DNA of 64,000 nt from Eledone cirrhosa (lineage: Eukaryota), in assembly GCA_964016885.1 (NCBI GenBank), contig OZ024742.1:132432001-132496000 (forward strand), read 5' to 3'. Under the pieces are notes generated by a model. That model worked only from the letters and a program-made list of their open reading frames with translations, did no database searches and was not told the origin of the DNA. Shown piece by piece: positions 1-11,416 of this stretch. Within the stretch, counting starts at the first letter, position 1. Each line of letters begins with the position of its first letter. The position numbers and the translations under genes are program-made.

Positions 1-96
1 ATCATTGAGCCACATCATGAATGTTTGCCAAAACATATATATCTGTGACTTTGTCTAGTTTCTGTATATGTAACTCTTTATATATATATATATATA

Positions 97-530
97 TATT
101 ATTCAACATTTTTACAAATGGAAATATTCGCATAATTAAAATATATACTTTATTATATATATTTCAAAGGTACTGTGCTGTTTTTTTCAGTACGTCCTCA
201 TCAGACAAAATATATGATTTGATATACGACATACCACTACGGTCATGATTATTCTCTTCCCGTATTGTCAGAATTGAATAATCAAGACCGCAGCATTATG
301 TCATATATCAAATCATATTTTTTGCTGATGAACACGTAGAGAAAAAAACAGCACAGTACCTTTGAAATATTTACAATAAAGGATATATTTTTATTATGCG
401 AATATTTTGCGTTTGTTAACATTTTGAATAATATTAAAAACTCCAGGAAAACTAACTGTTGATTTCTTCTAACCTATTGTAAAACTGTATTCTTTGAGTA
501 ATCAACGAACCATATTAATCTTTGGTTATA
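97..530. mobile_element. Non-coding HHR-bearing repeat (family A), head-to-head inverted pair with 3' tail
   Basis: Imperfect inverted arms at about 97-255 and 275-433. The + arm continues to about 530 and resembles 27720-27940. Flanked by (TA)n. Confidence 0.75.
145..213 (-). ncRNA. Minimal type I hammerhead ribozyme motif (family A)
   Basis: Minus strand reads ATATTTTGT-CTGATGA-GGACGTACTG...CAGTACCTTT-GAAA-TATATA-TA-ATAAAGTAT. Stem I pairs and stem III is palindromic. A degenerate mirror copy lies at about 316-385 (+). Confidence 0.7.
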
Positions 531-532
531 TG

Positions 533-576
<44 letters not shown>

Positions 577-667
577 CATATAACCAAAGATTAATATGGT
601 TCGTTGATTACTCAAAGAATACAGTTTTACAATAGGTTAGAAGAAATCAACAGTTAGTTTTCCTGGA

Positions 668-672
<5 letters not shown>
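437..672. repeat. Near-perfect palindrome centred on a (TA)n tract
   Basis: 437-540 is the reverse complement of about 570-672 (aaaactccagg...tatgta / tacata...cctggagtttt). Confidence 0.95.
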
Positions 673-709
<37 letters not shown>

Positions 710-727
710 TAACATATATATACACAG

Positions 728-950
728 TTGACATCCAGAGTTGACATTGCACTCAGTGCTCCTTTGGGAGCCCCTACATGGACACACTAGAAGAGGAAGA
801 CCAAGGTTAACATATGTTGATGCCCTAAGGACAGACACTGGTCTGTTGGAGATGCAGGATATGGCAGCGATAATGAGGGACAGAGACCGCTGGAGAGAAC
901 TCGTCCATGGATCTCGGGAATTTTACCCGCCTTAGATAGATAGATAGATA
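728..950 (+). mobile_element. 3' end of an RTE-clade non-LTR retrotransposon with (TAGA)n tail
   Basis: Peptide LLWEPLHGHTRRGRPRLTYVDALRTDTG...MRDRDRWRELV matches the RTE C-terminal RGRP..W/Y.D...DR..WR pattern. The stop is followed by tagatagataga. Confidence 0.8.
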
Positions 951-976
951 CACATATATCTATATCTAAATACACG

Positions 977-1042
<66 letters not shown>

Positions 1043-1113
1043 TTTATTTATTTCTTTTTTATATTTATACTGTTGTAGAAAAATATACAAGGGAAAAACA
1101 CTCTGTCCATGTA

Positions 1114-1405
<292 letters not shown>

Positions 1406-1713
1406 ATATAAATATATATATATAAAAACAAATAACGAAACGAAATTAAATTTCGTTTCGCTTCTAACTCACTTTTGTATGACTGACGCTTAAACAATTA
1501 AGTTAAAGTGTACATCTACATATGTATACGGAAGTATTAGTATGCATATAAATACACACATGTATACATATGTACATGTACTCAGCTTTTCACTAGACAC
1601 TTTACAGTGAGTGTCAGCTAGTCTGTATGTAACCACACAGGCGGACCGGGTTTTAGAGTCATACGAGTTTTCAAGGAAACACATTTCCTCTATTCCCCAG
1701 AGGGCCAGACAGG

Positions 1714-1758
1714 AATATTGGACTAGTTTCGATGTTATTACATCTCATCAGCAATATT
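1714..1758 (-). ncRNA. Minimal type I hammerhead ribozyme, canonical core
   Basis: AATATTG-CTGATGA-GATGT-AATA-ACATC-GAAA-CTAG-TC-CAATATT. Perfect stems I and II, palindromic ACTAGT stem III, GUC cleavage triplet. Confidence 0.92.
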
Positions 1759-2182
1759 TACCCATCTTCCGGCTTCTCTGGAGAATTGTAAAAGCACATA
1801 TCGTTATATGCTTTTTCTATGAAAATTAGTAGTGGGTAGACTAATTTGCATAGAACGTGAGTCATTGTACGCACCGGTTCAGCGGAAACGAAAAAAACAA
1901 ATAACGAAACGAAATTAAATTTCGTTTCGCTTCTAACTCACTTTTGTATGACTGACGCTTAAACAATTAAGTTAAAGTGTACATCTACATATGTATACGG
2001 AAGTATTAGTATGCATATAAATACACACATGTATACATATGTACATGTACTCAGCTTTTCACTAGACACTTTACAGTGAGTGTCAGCTAGTCTGTATGTA
2101 ACCACACAGGCGGACCGGGTTTTAGAGTCATACGAGTTTTCAAGGAAACACATTTCCTCTATTCTCCAGAGGGCCAGACAGG

Positions 2183-2227
2183 AATATTGGACTAGTTTCG
2201 ATGTTATTACATCTCATCAGCAATATT
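2183..2227 (-). ncRNA. Minimal type I hammerhead ribozyme, second tandem copy
   Basis: Identical to 1714-1758, 469 bp away. Confidence 0.92.
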
Positions 2228-2385
2228 TACCCATCTTCCGGCTTCTCTGGAGAATTGTAAAAGCACATATCGTTATTAGCGTCAGTCATACAAAAGTGAG
2301 TTAGAAGCGAAACGAATTTTAATTTCGTTTCGTTATTTGTTTTTATCGTTTCCGCTGAACCGGTGCGTACAATGACTCACGTTCT

Positions 2386-2432
2386 ATGCAAATTAGTCTA
2401 CCCACTACTAATTTTCATAGAAAAAGCATATA
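2386..2432 (+). promoter_or_regulatory. Putative promoter module of family B (octamer + TAATTTTCATA + CATATA)
   Basis: ATGCAAAT at 2386-2393, TAATTTTCATA at about 2409-2419, CATATA at 2427-2432. The same module is on the - strand with its octamer at 1844-1851. Confidence 0.5.
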
Positions 2433-2589
2433 ACGATATGCATAGTGCATAGCCTTCAGCTTGCGATGTCGTCTTACCTACCAGGGAATCAGGTATAAAT
2501 AAGTGGGAAATCTATTTTAAGTATGTATGTCTGAGGGGGACATATCCTGCATGGCAGTGTGTATGGTATGTATGAATATATATATATAT

Positions 2590-2877
2590 ATATGGCGTAG
2601 GACAGAACGAAGGAGAGGCACAGAAACAAAGAAAGGAATCCCCAGTCACTGAAGAGGTCACAGAGTGTGTGACGAAAGAACTATGACTATATATAAACAA
2701 CTATCTGGTTGTGGAACCAACCAACCAACCAGAAATTTATAAATATATAATAAATTGAAGTGAAAGCAACTGGTGCGTGTGTGTCTTATTGGCAACATGA
2801 CCCTCCCAAAATATAACAATATCGGTTTCAACACACGATTTCAGATAAAGAATCTTGCTAAACAAATTCAGAAAACG

Positions 2878-2880
<3 letters not shown>
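2590..2880 (+). repeat. Dispersed HHR-bearing repeat (family E), second copy at about 22150-22470
   Basis: Shares ...ggttgtggaaccaaccaaccaacc...ggcaacatgaccctcccaaa...cagataaagaatcttgctaaac with 22170-22470. The 3' end abuts (TA)n. Confidence 0.85.
2644..2688 (+). ncRNA. Minimal hammerhead ribozyme motif (family E)
   Basis: AGTCA-CTGAAGA-G-GTCACA-GAGTG-TGTGAC-GAAA-GAAC-TA-TGACT. Stems I and II pair. Confidence 0.75.
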
Positions 2881-2965
<85 letters not shown>

Positions 2966-2972
2966 ATATATA

Positions 2973-3053
<81 letters not shown>

Positions 3054-3055
3054 TT

Positions 3056-3091
<36 letters not shown>

Positions 3092-3095
<4 letters not shown>

Positions 3096-3310
3096 ATTCA
3101 GCCAGAATCTTATTTCGGCGGGCAGGAAAAGCGAAGTGAAACGCAACAAATCAGAAATGATACTGCAAAGTGCTCAATAGTTAAAAAAACAGAGCCAAAC
3201 GATGTGTTAAAAAGCCATACAAAATTGAAAAGGTGGCCAAGAGGGCATTAACCACCCAAGCCAAAAAACCAAATCAAGCTAAAAGGGTCAAAACAAAATA
3301 AATGATAACA
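3092..3310 (+). repeat. Dispersed repeat related to 58975-59180 and (inverted) 62800-62905/63420-63525
   Basis: Shared attcagc.agaatc...tcggcggg.ag.aaa and ttaaccacc.aagccaaaaaac motifs. Confidence 0.55.
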
Positions 3311-3472
3311 AATAAATATATATATTGTATCTCGCTCTGTAGTACATATGATAATTTACATTGAACCTTTTCTCTTACAGGTATTTGGCTAGTGCTTAGT
3401 ACTGCCCTCCATATATATAATTATATATAAACCATATATAAGTATAAATATTATCATTATTACTGTATATAT

Positions 3473-3660
3473 TGGTGGATTGGCAGTATCGGTAGAGGTT
3501 CGGACGCCATGCTTTCCAGCATAGTTACGTCCCTTTACGATCTGAGTTCAAATCCCGCCGAGGTTGACTTTGCCTTTCATCCTTACGGGGTCGATAAAAT
3601 AAAGTACCAGTAATGCACTGGGTATTTGCTGGCCTTGTGCCTAAAGTAGAAACAATTATT
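3473..3660 (+). mobile_element. tRNA-type SINE (major family), full length with target-site duplication
   Basis: A-box-like TGGCAGTATCGG and B-box GAGTTCAAATCC, then gactttgcctttcatccttacggggtcgataaaataaagtaccag. attattactgtatatat flanks both sides. Confidence 0.85.
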
Positions 3661-3677
3661 ACTGTATATATATACAA

Positions 3678-3852
3678 GGCCGTAGATTGGCAGTATCTTT
3701 AGAGGGTTGGACGACATGCCTTGACGCATGGAGTTGTGGCCCTTGCCATTCTGAGTTCAAATGCTGTTTTTCCTTACGGAGTCGATAAATAAAGTACCAG
3801 TAATGCACCGGGTAATTGCTGCCCTTGTGCCAATAGTAGAAACAATTATTAC
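3678..3852 (+). mobile_element. tRNA-type SINE (major family), internally deleted copy
   Basis: Same head and tail as 3473-3660. Confidence 0.8.
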
Positions 3853-3877
3853 TATATATATATATATATATATATAT

Positions 3878-4071
3878 AACGAAGGAAATGTGGTAAGGAA
3901 CCAGGTGGACCATAACGCACCAAAGTACTCAATACTTGAGGTAGTAGAGTGGGTAATAGGAACCAGTAAGACCCCGACAGCTGAGCTCAAGCCGTTTCGA
4001 CGGCTAATTCTGTCCAGAATTAGCCGTCGAAACGGCTTGAGCTCAGCTGTCGGGGTCTTACTGGTTCCTAT
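3878..4071. repeat. Fold-back element with a perfect 57-bp-arm hairpin; homologue at about 56395-56545
   Basis: 3957-4012 and 4015-4071 are exact reverse complements around a 2-nt loop. Flanked by (TA)n. Confidence 0.9.
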
Positions 4072-4148
4072 ATATATATATATATGCATATAGTTTCTTT
4101 AATGAAAGTTGTACCACTTATAATTATTTATCTAATTTTGTTTTATCC

Positions 4149-4240
<92 letters not shown>

Positions 4241-4488
4241 CCTGCATACATACATATAAAAAAATATGCGTGTGTGTGTTAACATGATGAATAGTATCGT
4301 ATGTGTTAGTAGATTGTGGAAAAACCAGTAATATGGAAATGAATTGCAAACATACGGAATTATAAATTCTAGTAAGTTTATCAACATACAGTCTGATGCA
4401 AATATACATACAATTGGCAAATTTATGTCCCAATGCATATTTTGCTATAAAACAAAATCACCCTCCAAGACATAAACTGATACTACCC

Positions 4489-4573
<85 letters not shown>

Positions 4574-5021
4574 CATACATGTAGGTATATATTATACACA
4601 GACACGTCTATATATATATATATATATATACATACATATATGTGTGTGTGTGTGTGTCTGTGTGTGTTTGTGTCTGTCTGTGTGCACATTCAGATTACAT
4701 ATATATTTTTTTTTCTACATATATAAACAATTTATTTATTAGAAATGTTGGGGTGGCGTCGGTAATCAGACACTCTGCATCATCCTAAAATATTGATTCG
4801 ATGTTGGAAGATTGCTAAGAGGAATAGACGTCGTCTCTTTCGCATACACCGTGTTGAAATTAGATTCCGCCTGTCTGATTATAAATTAGCTTCTCCTGAA
4901 GAAAATTTGGAAAATCGTGAAGACTTAATTGCATATAAGTATAGATTTACACAAAATCGTACATAGTTGCGAAGTATTTACAATTCATATACGCTGGAGT
5001 ATCGACACTGAAACACACGCA

Positions 5022-5086
<65 letters not shown>

Positions 5087-5130
5087 TTACACACACACAC
5101 ACACGCACACACACATACACACACACACAT

Positions 5131-5179
<49 letters not shown>

Positions 5180-5515
5180 AGTGTGTGTTTGTTTATATAT
5201 ACATATATATATATATATATATTTATATTTATGTATGCATGTATGTATGTATATAATTGTACTTGCTTACACACATATACAAAGGCTACCACAAAAATAT
5301 AGTATATATTTATGCATGTATATATATATATATATGCATGTTTCTATGTATTTATGTATATATGTAGGTAAGTATGCATGTGTGTATATATCTACATACA
5401 TACATCTGTTTGTGTTTACGTATATACATATATATTGATTTATAATTTATATATGTATATTATATATTGACATTTGTATATAATTTCTGAAATTTCATAC
5501 GGGATTTGTTTTTAA

Positions 5516-5569
<54 letters not shown>

Positions 5570-5578
5570 TACTATTAC

Positions 5579-5617
<39 letters not shown>

Positions 5618-5626
5618 TACTATTAC

Positions 5627-5675
<49 letters not shown>
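5516..5675. repeat. (ATT)n/(ACT) trinucleotide microsatellite
   Basis: Directly visible. Source of the poly-I and poly-L ORFs. Confidence 0.97.
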
Positions 5676-8071
5676 TGCTTTTCTTCTCTCTTCTCATATC
5701 TCACGCCCACCTCTGTGTCGATGTATATTTCTATATCCGCCTTACTCTGCCCGATTGCATATATTTCTAGTAGCAGCTACTATTTTTATTGTATTATAAA
5801 TATGAAACCTTAGCATTTTATATTTGCTGAAATGTATGATATTAGCAACTATTCTGTCAATCCATAAGTATATGTTCTACATATTCTCTTCAATGGATGT
5901 CCAGTTTTACGCTTGCTATACCGTTTTATTACGCGATGTTTACATCTCCGTTTGATAATCGCCATGTTTCTCTCTTTTTATAATTTTTTTTCTGTGAACC
6001 TATTATTCTATAATTATGAATACAAATATTGACTCATTAAAGAAATAGAGAGTAGATATATATTTGAATACTTTTCTACATTTAATGAGAAGTGTTACAT
6101 GAAATATCTTCTGTATATGTACAGACTATCATATTCATCCAAGTAATGAAGCGTTGCACATGCATAACACCCACATAGAATATTACACACATAGTCACTA
6201 CTTAAAGAATAACACTTCTATTTAAATCTGAAATGTATTGAATGAAGTTAACCATATCTAAATATTTGAAAGAGAATTCTAATTGTACATATTCACGATG
6301 TTTCAGCAGATGGAATCCACGTTTCTTTCCGTCTATATTTAGTCTACATTGGAACGACATTGAGCATTAAACTTTATAAGTTGAAGTCTAAGTGTCATTA
6401 GTCATTCGTTAATACCGACGTGTAGATCTAATAATTTGAAACAAAAATATTAGCAATACATATGCGTTGTATTATAGCATATTTTTCTTCTGGCCCCATA
6501 CACAATAGAGGTGTATTATCCATACTCGTTTCTCGATTGTCTTTATACTTCTCTCCCATTTTCACTGTGAAAATTATATCGATGTCGATTCTTTGAAGTT
6601 CATGAACAACCATAGAAGTTCTTCCTCATTTCTCTGATCTTTGTCTGTCTGAGTTCGGTCAATACAAGACACAGTTTACCGTATTTTCGTTGTAGACTCG
6701 AAGTAGACTCTATTCAGAGTACCTGTTCTCACTCCCACCCCATAAAAAAACAAACATATGTGAATAAATACAGCTGTACACCGTGGGTCAAACTTTCCCC
6801 CAAAACTACCTGCTTTTATTTTAGGCAATTTCAGAATATATATTTATATATATATTGTTATATAAGTAATCAACCTAAGAAAGTCGTTTTTGTAAGTACA
6901 TTTCGTTTAATCCTTAGATTTTACATTTGAAATAAAGAGCGTATTACTATAGCTTTCTTCATAGGTTGAAGGATATGGATACCTCTTTATGATGAACCGT
7001 CAAATTGCTATAGAACATTTAAAAGGAATCCATACTGATATCCTGATTACTTAGAGAATGGTAACAGCGAATCATATAATCTGCCGTTGTACCTACTCAC
7101 ACACAATATTTATATATATGTATATATGTATGTGTGTATGTATGTATACATTATGTATATATGTATGTGTTTATGAATATATTATGTATGTATGAATTTA
7201 TGTATGTAAATACAGGAACAAGTGTAAGCACACACCTACACAGAATACACAAAGCATTTAACAGCATATATGTACCGTGCATATTTTATGACCGTAGTTG
7301 TATTCACAAACATTTTACTTCTAGGAAAATGTTTCTTCATCGTAGAGGAAAAAGAATCTAAATTAGATTTAGAAGAAGTATCTAAAGATTTGATTGTCGT
7401 ATTTTAGGGATTCTAATGTATCAATAAATAATTCTTTACAGAAATAATCCGATATTTGACAGCAATTCATCACGATATTTGTTAGAATGGATTTATCCTA
7501 CCAGCATGAGCATTTCCCGACAAACCTGAGAATGATATTCAACAAAAAGCCATGTGTATTATGTTTTCAAAACGAACGTTTCACATTTCATGCTTTTCTG
7601 TTTTACATACTTCACAAAATTAGCAATTTTTCATAACGATAATATTAAATATCCGGGATATTTTCTTCATAAACTACAGGGATTTTAATGAAATTTTATG
7701 TTTTGCTCATTTCCTTCAAATGAGAGGATGAGGGAAACGTTTTTTTCTTATTTAATTATAATTTGAAACAAACGCCCATTAATTAGATTGCGTCTTAACA
7801 AATGAGAGCCTGGGAATAAATGTAAAATAATACACACACACGCACGCACATATACATACATGCACAAACAGTTATATGTATACTTATGTAGATCTATAGC
7901 TACAAATATATATGCATGTGTGTTCGTATGTATTGCATATTCCCCTATTTTATTACTATTTTTCTCTGATGAAGTTTAGCAAATATGTATAGGCTTTAGA
8001 CACATAGGAATAGGAATAAATTCAATTACACATGACTGTCATTAACATTTAGACATAAGTTTCGTATAGGC

Positions 8072-8225
8072 CACGGATTGGTAGAGGCGACATAACACCG
8101 GATAGAATGCTTTATGGTATTTGTTCCGTCTCTCTGCTTTCTGAGTTCAAATCCCGCCGAGGTCGACTTTGCCTTTCATCATTTAGAGGTCGATAAAAAA
8201 GTACCAGTCTAGGACTGGGGTCGAT
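8072..8225 (+). mobile_element. tRNA-type SINE (major family), diverged
   Basis: ctgagttcaaatcccgccgaggtcgactttgcctttcatc...gtcgataaaaaagtaccagt. Confidence 0.8.
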
Positions 8226-8340
8226 TCTTTCTCTATATCTCCTTTTCATTTCTCTCTGTCTCTCCCTCTCCCTCTCTCTCTCTCTATATATATATATATC
8301 TTTCTCCCCCCATCTCTCTCTCGTTATATTTATATATATA

Positions 8341-8760
8341 TTTATTAAAATAACAGATTAAAGTTTAAGCAAAGAACCACCTAATAGAATATTAGTCTAA
8401 GACTTCATGTATACCATAATTGTGGTTGTGTCTTTGCGTGTAATTGTTTTCACCGCTACAAATAATAACGTATTATCTTCGTTTTTTTTTTCGTTCTTTG
8501 CCAGGGAACGTTTCCACGAACCAAAGTATCGTCTTCCTGTCTTCCTCCGGTTGCAACGTTTTTTTAAATATTTACTTCTGCGTTCACAGATTGACTATTT
8601 TAGTTTCAGAAGATCCCGTTAAGGGTGAAAGCAGCGATTCTTTGCTTAAACTTTAATCTGTTATTTTAATAAATATTTGGTCTATGGTTCTTATATATTT
8701 GATATATATCTATCCTTATCGAGCCCTCTATGTATTTTAGTCTTCACATTTATTATATTA
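8341..8760 (+). mobile_element. Family D repeat with short inverted 3' end at its 5' side; variant HHR-like core at about 8600-8645
   Basis: 8341-8376 is the reverse complement of 8638-8673. The body matches 60335-60625. Contains CAGAAGA-TCCC-GTTAA-GGGT-GAAA. Confidence 0.75.
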
Positions 8761-8762
8761 CA

Positions 8763-8884
<122 letters not shown>

Positions 8885-8962
8885 AAAAGGTAAACAGAAA
8901 TAACAACACAATCGGTACAGTATATGGAAGGTATATATTAGGTTAACGCTTGATATAGCAGT

Positions 8963-9005
8963 AAGAGGGACGTAACGTCTCAGACGCTAGTCCTTCATCA
9001 GAAGA
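8963..9005 (-). ncRNA. Degenerate minimal hammerhead motif
   Basis: CTGATGA-AGGACTAGCGTCT-GAGA-CGTTACG-TC. GAAA is mutated and stem I is unpaired. Confidence 0.45.
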
Positions 9006-9394
9006 AAGAATGAGAAATATAATAGATTGAGAGGACAGGCGGGATGGAATTGGAAAAAATATCTTTAGACAAAAATAACATATCTTGCAAAACTATATAT
9101 ATATATATATATATATAAATGGAATAGAATGAAACGAAATTTCATTTCTCACTCTTAGAACGGCACTTACTTAAATGTAAGTATGTATGTATACATACAT
9201 ACATATATGTATACAGACGTACAGTAGCATGTATATATATACATACAGGCACACATATATATATGCACGTATCAGTTTACCGAACATTTATTATAATGCT
9301 CGGTTTGTTCGTTTGTAAACAAACAAACGGCCTGAATTACGCCGTACAGTGTTTAGGCAACCACGTCACCTTTTTGTTCAACACTGACACAGGA

Positions 9395-9437
9395 ACGATG
9401 TACTCGTTTCAAGCTTATTAGCTATCGTCAGCACCGT
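9395..9437 (-). ncRNA. Minimal hammerhead ribozyme (family C)
   Basis: ACGGTG-CTGACGA-TAGCT-AATA-AGCTT-GAAA-CGAG-TA-CATCGT. Confidence 0.8.
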
Positions 9438-9751
9438 ATACCTTTCTGCCAGATGGTTGAACGTCCGAAAGTATATACTTTCCTTATGAAAATTAACGGC
9501 TGAGCAGCCTAATTTGCATATCTAGTGAGTTCAGTCGGCCAGGCGCACCGAAAACGATAAATGGAATAGAATGAAACGAAATCTCATTTCTCACTCTTAG
9601 TACGGCACTAACTTAAATGTAAGTATGTATGTATATGTACACACATATATGTATACAGACGTACAGTAGCATGTATATATATACATACAGGCACACATAT
9701 ATATATGCACTTATCAGTTTACCGACGTTCAACCATGTGGCAGAAATGTAT

Positions 9752-9794
9752 ACGGTGCTGACGATAGCTAATAAGCTTGAAACTAGTACATCGT
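9752..9794 (+). ncRNA. Minimal hammerhead ribozyme (family C)
   Basis: ACGGTG-CTGACGA-TAGCT-AATA-AGCTT-GAAA-CTAG-TA-CATCGT. Confidence 0.85.
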
Positions 9795-10111
9795 TCCTGT
9801 GTCAGTGTTGAACAAAAAGGTGACGTGGTTGCCTAAACACTGTACGGCGTAATTCAGGCTGTTTTTTTTGTTTACAAACGAACAAACCGAGCATTATAAT
9901 AAATGTTCGGTAAACTGATACGTGCATATATATATGTGTGCTCGTATGTATATATATACATGCTACTGTACGTCTGTATACATATATGTATGTACGTATA
10001 CATACATACTTATTTTAAGTAAGTGCCGTACTAAGAGTGAGAAAGGAAATTTCGTTTCTTTCTATTCCATTTATCGTTTTCGGTGCACCTGGCCGACTGA
10101 ACTCACTCGAT

Positions 10112-10162
10112 ATGCAAATTAGGCAGCTCAGCCGTTAATTTTCATAAGGCAAGTATATACTT
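10112..10162 (+). promoter_or_regulatory. Putative promoter module of family C (octamer + TCAGCCGTTAATTTTCATA + palindromic AAGTATATACTT)
   Basis: ATGCAAAT at 10112-10119 and TATATA at 10154-10159. Also on the - strand at 9512-9519 and 29322-29329. Confidence 0.5.
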
Positions 10163-10193
10163 TCGGACGTTCAACCATCTGGCAGAAAGGAAT

Positions 10194-10236
10194 ACGGTGC
10201 TGACGATAGCTAATAAGCTTGAAACTAGTACATCGT
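10194..10236 (+). ncRNA. Minimal hammerhead ribozyme (family C)
   Basis: Same as 9752-9794, 442 bp downstream. Embedded in the GTTCAAC...GTTGAAC extended stem. Confidence 0.85.
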
Positions 10237-10452
10237 TCCTGTGTCAGTGTTGAACAAAAAGGTGACGTGGTTGCCTAAACACTGTATGGCGTAATTCAGG
10301 CTGGTTTTTTTTGTTTACAAACGAACAAACCGAGCATTATAATAAATGTTCGGTAAACTGATACGTGCATATATATATGTGTGCTCGTATGTATATATAT
10401 ACATGCTACTGTACGTCTGTATACATATATGTATGTACGTATACATACATAC

Positions 10453-10504
<52 letters not shown>

Positions 10505-10554
10505 TAATAAAATAATGAATAAACAAAGGAACAGCTCCTTATATTAAAACAATT

Positions 10555-10694
10555 CATAATTTTACGATCGTTTCTAGGATATATATGTCTTAGAGTTGGT
10601 ATGCATATTCTATAAATCTATGTACAATATTTATACAAACTCTCAGAGGGAATATACATACCTACACATATATATGCTCTCTTCAGAAATAATG
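10555..10694 (-). ncRNA. Hammerhead motif with about 105-nt extended stem II in the PLE1 3' region
   Basis: CATTATTT-CTGAAGA-GAGCATATATATGT...ACATATATATCCTA-GAAA-CGATCG-TA-AAATTATG. Confidence 0.65.
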
Positions 10695-11331
10695 ATATTT
10701 GTTTATTGAAAAAAACAAAGATTCAATACAATAGGTCTGTTTGGGAACAGGTTTTGAATTGACCAATAGAGAGATAGTGAGGGTCAAGATAGTAATATAG
10801 TAGTAGAAGAACCTTAAATTATGGGTAGAGGAAGGTAGATTTCAGTTTTGGATGGACAAGAATATTATGAATGAAGGATTATTTAAGTGAAGAAAATAGG
10901 TCGTATGCTGACCTCAGAAATAATTTTATTTGTTCATTGAATAAAACCAACAAAGATCTAATATATTCTGTCTGTTTGGTAAGAGGTTTAGAATTAACCA
11001 ATAGAAAGTTAATAATTGGCCAAATGGTAAAATAGTAGTAATTGAAGCTTATTTTAGGGGTGAAAATAGGTCAGGTGGTCAGTAAAAGGTATACAAGCAG
11101 TTGCTGTTATAAAATAGTAATGCCAATGTAAATATCTAAGGAGACTAAAGTTTTAAGATAAGAGTGTTAGTGAAAAAAATACATCTATGAAAAGAATATA
11201 AATTATTTTAATTGATGGGTATATTTATATTGATAAAATTATACTAATACATATAGATATGATAATAAAGAGTTAGATGCAGTTGAAAAGTGCTGTTAGA
11301 GATGAGGGGAAATTAAAAGAATATAAAAATA

Positions 11332-11416
<85 letters not shown>

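Larger units (their letters stand above)
1424..2440 (-). mobile_element. Retrozyme-like element family B: about 1.8 tandem 469-bp units (-) plus an inverted fragment (+)
   Basis: 1424-1892 is repeated at 1893-2276 with near identity. 2279-2440 is the reverse complement of about 1796-1958. One HHR per unit. Confidence 0.9.
9117..10452. mobile_element. Retrozyme-like element family C: about 1.4 units (-) head-to-head with about 1.6 units (+), unit about 442 bp
   Basis: 9117-9723 is a partial tandem on the - strand. 9724-10452 is a partial tandem of the reverse complement. Three HHRs, with (TA)n on both flanks. Confidence 0.9.

Noticed and set aside
6590-6715. Minus-strand peptide QRKYGKLCLVLTELRQ vaguely like a nuclear-receptor helix
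   Set aside because: Short, bounded by stops, with no convincing splice site or other exons.
7955-8015. CTGATGA-AG...GACA motif; similar weak cases at 29985-30085, 56045-56065 and 56200-56235
   Set aside because: The core is too degenerate or half missing to call.
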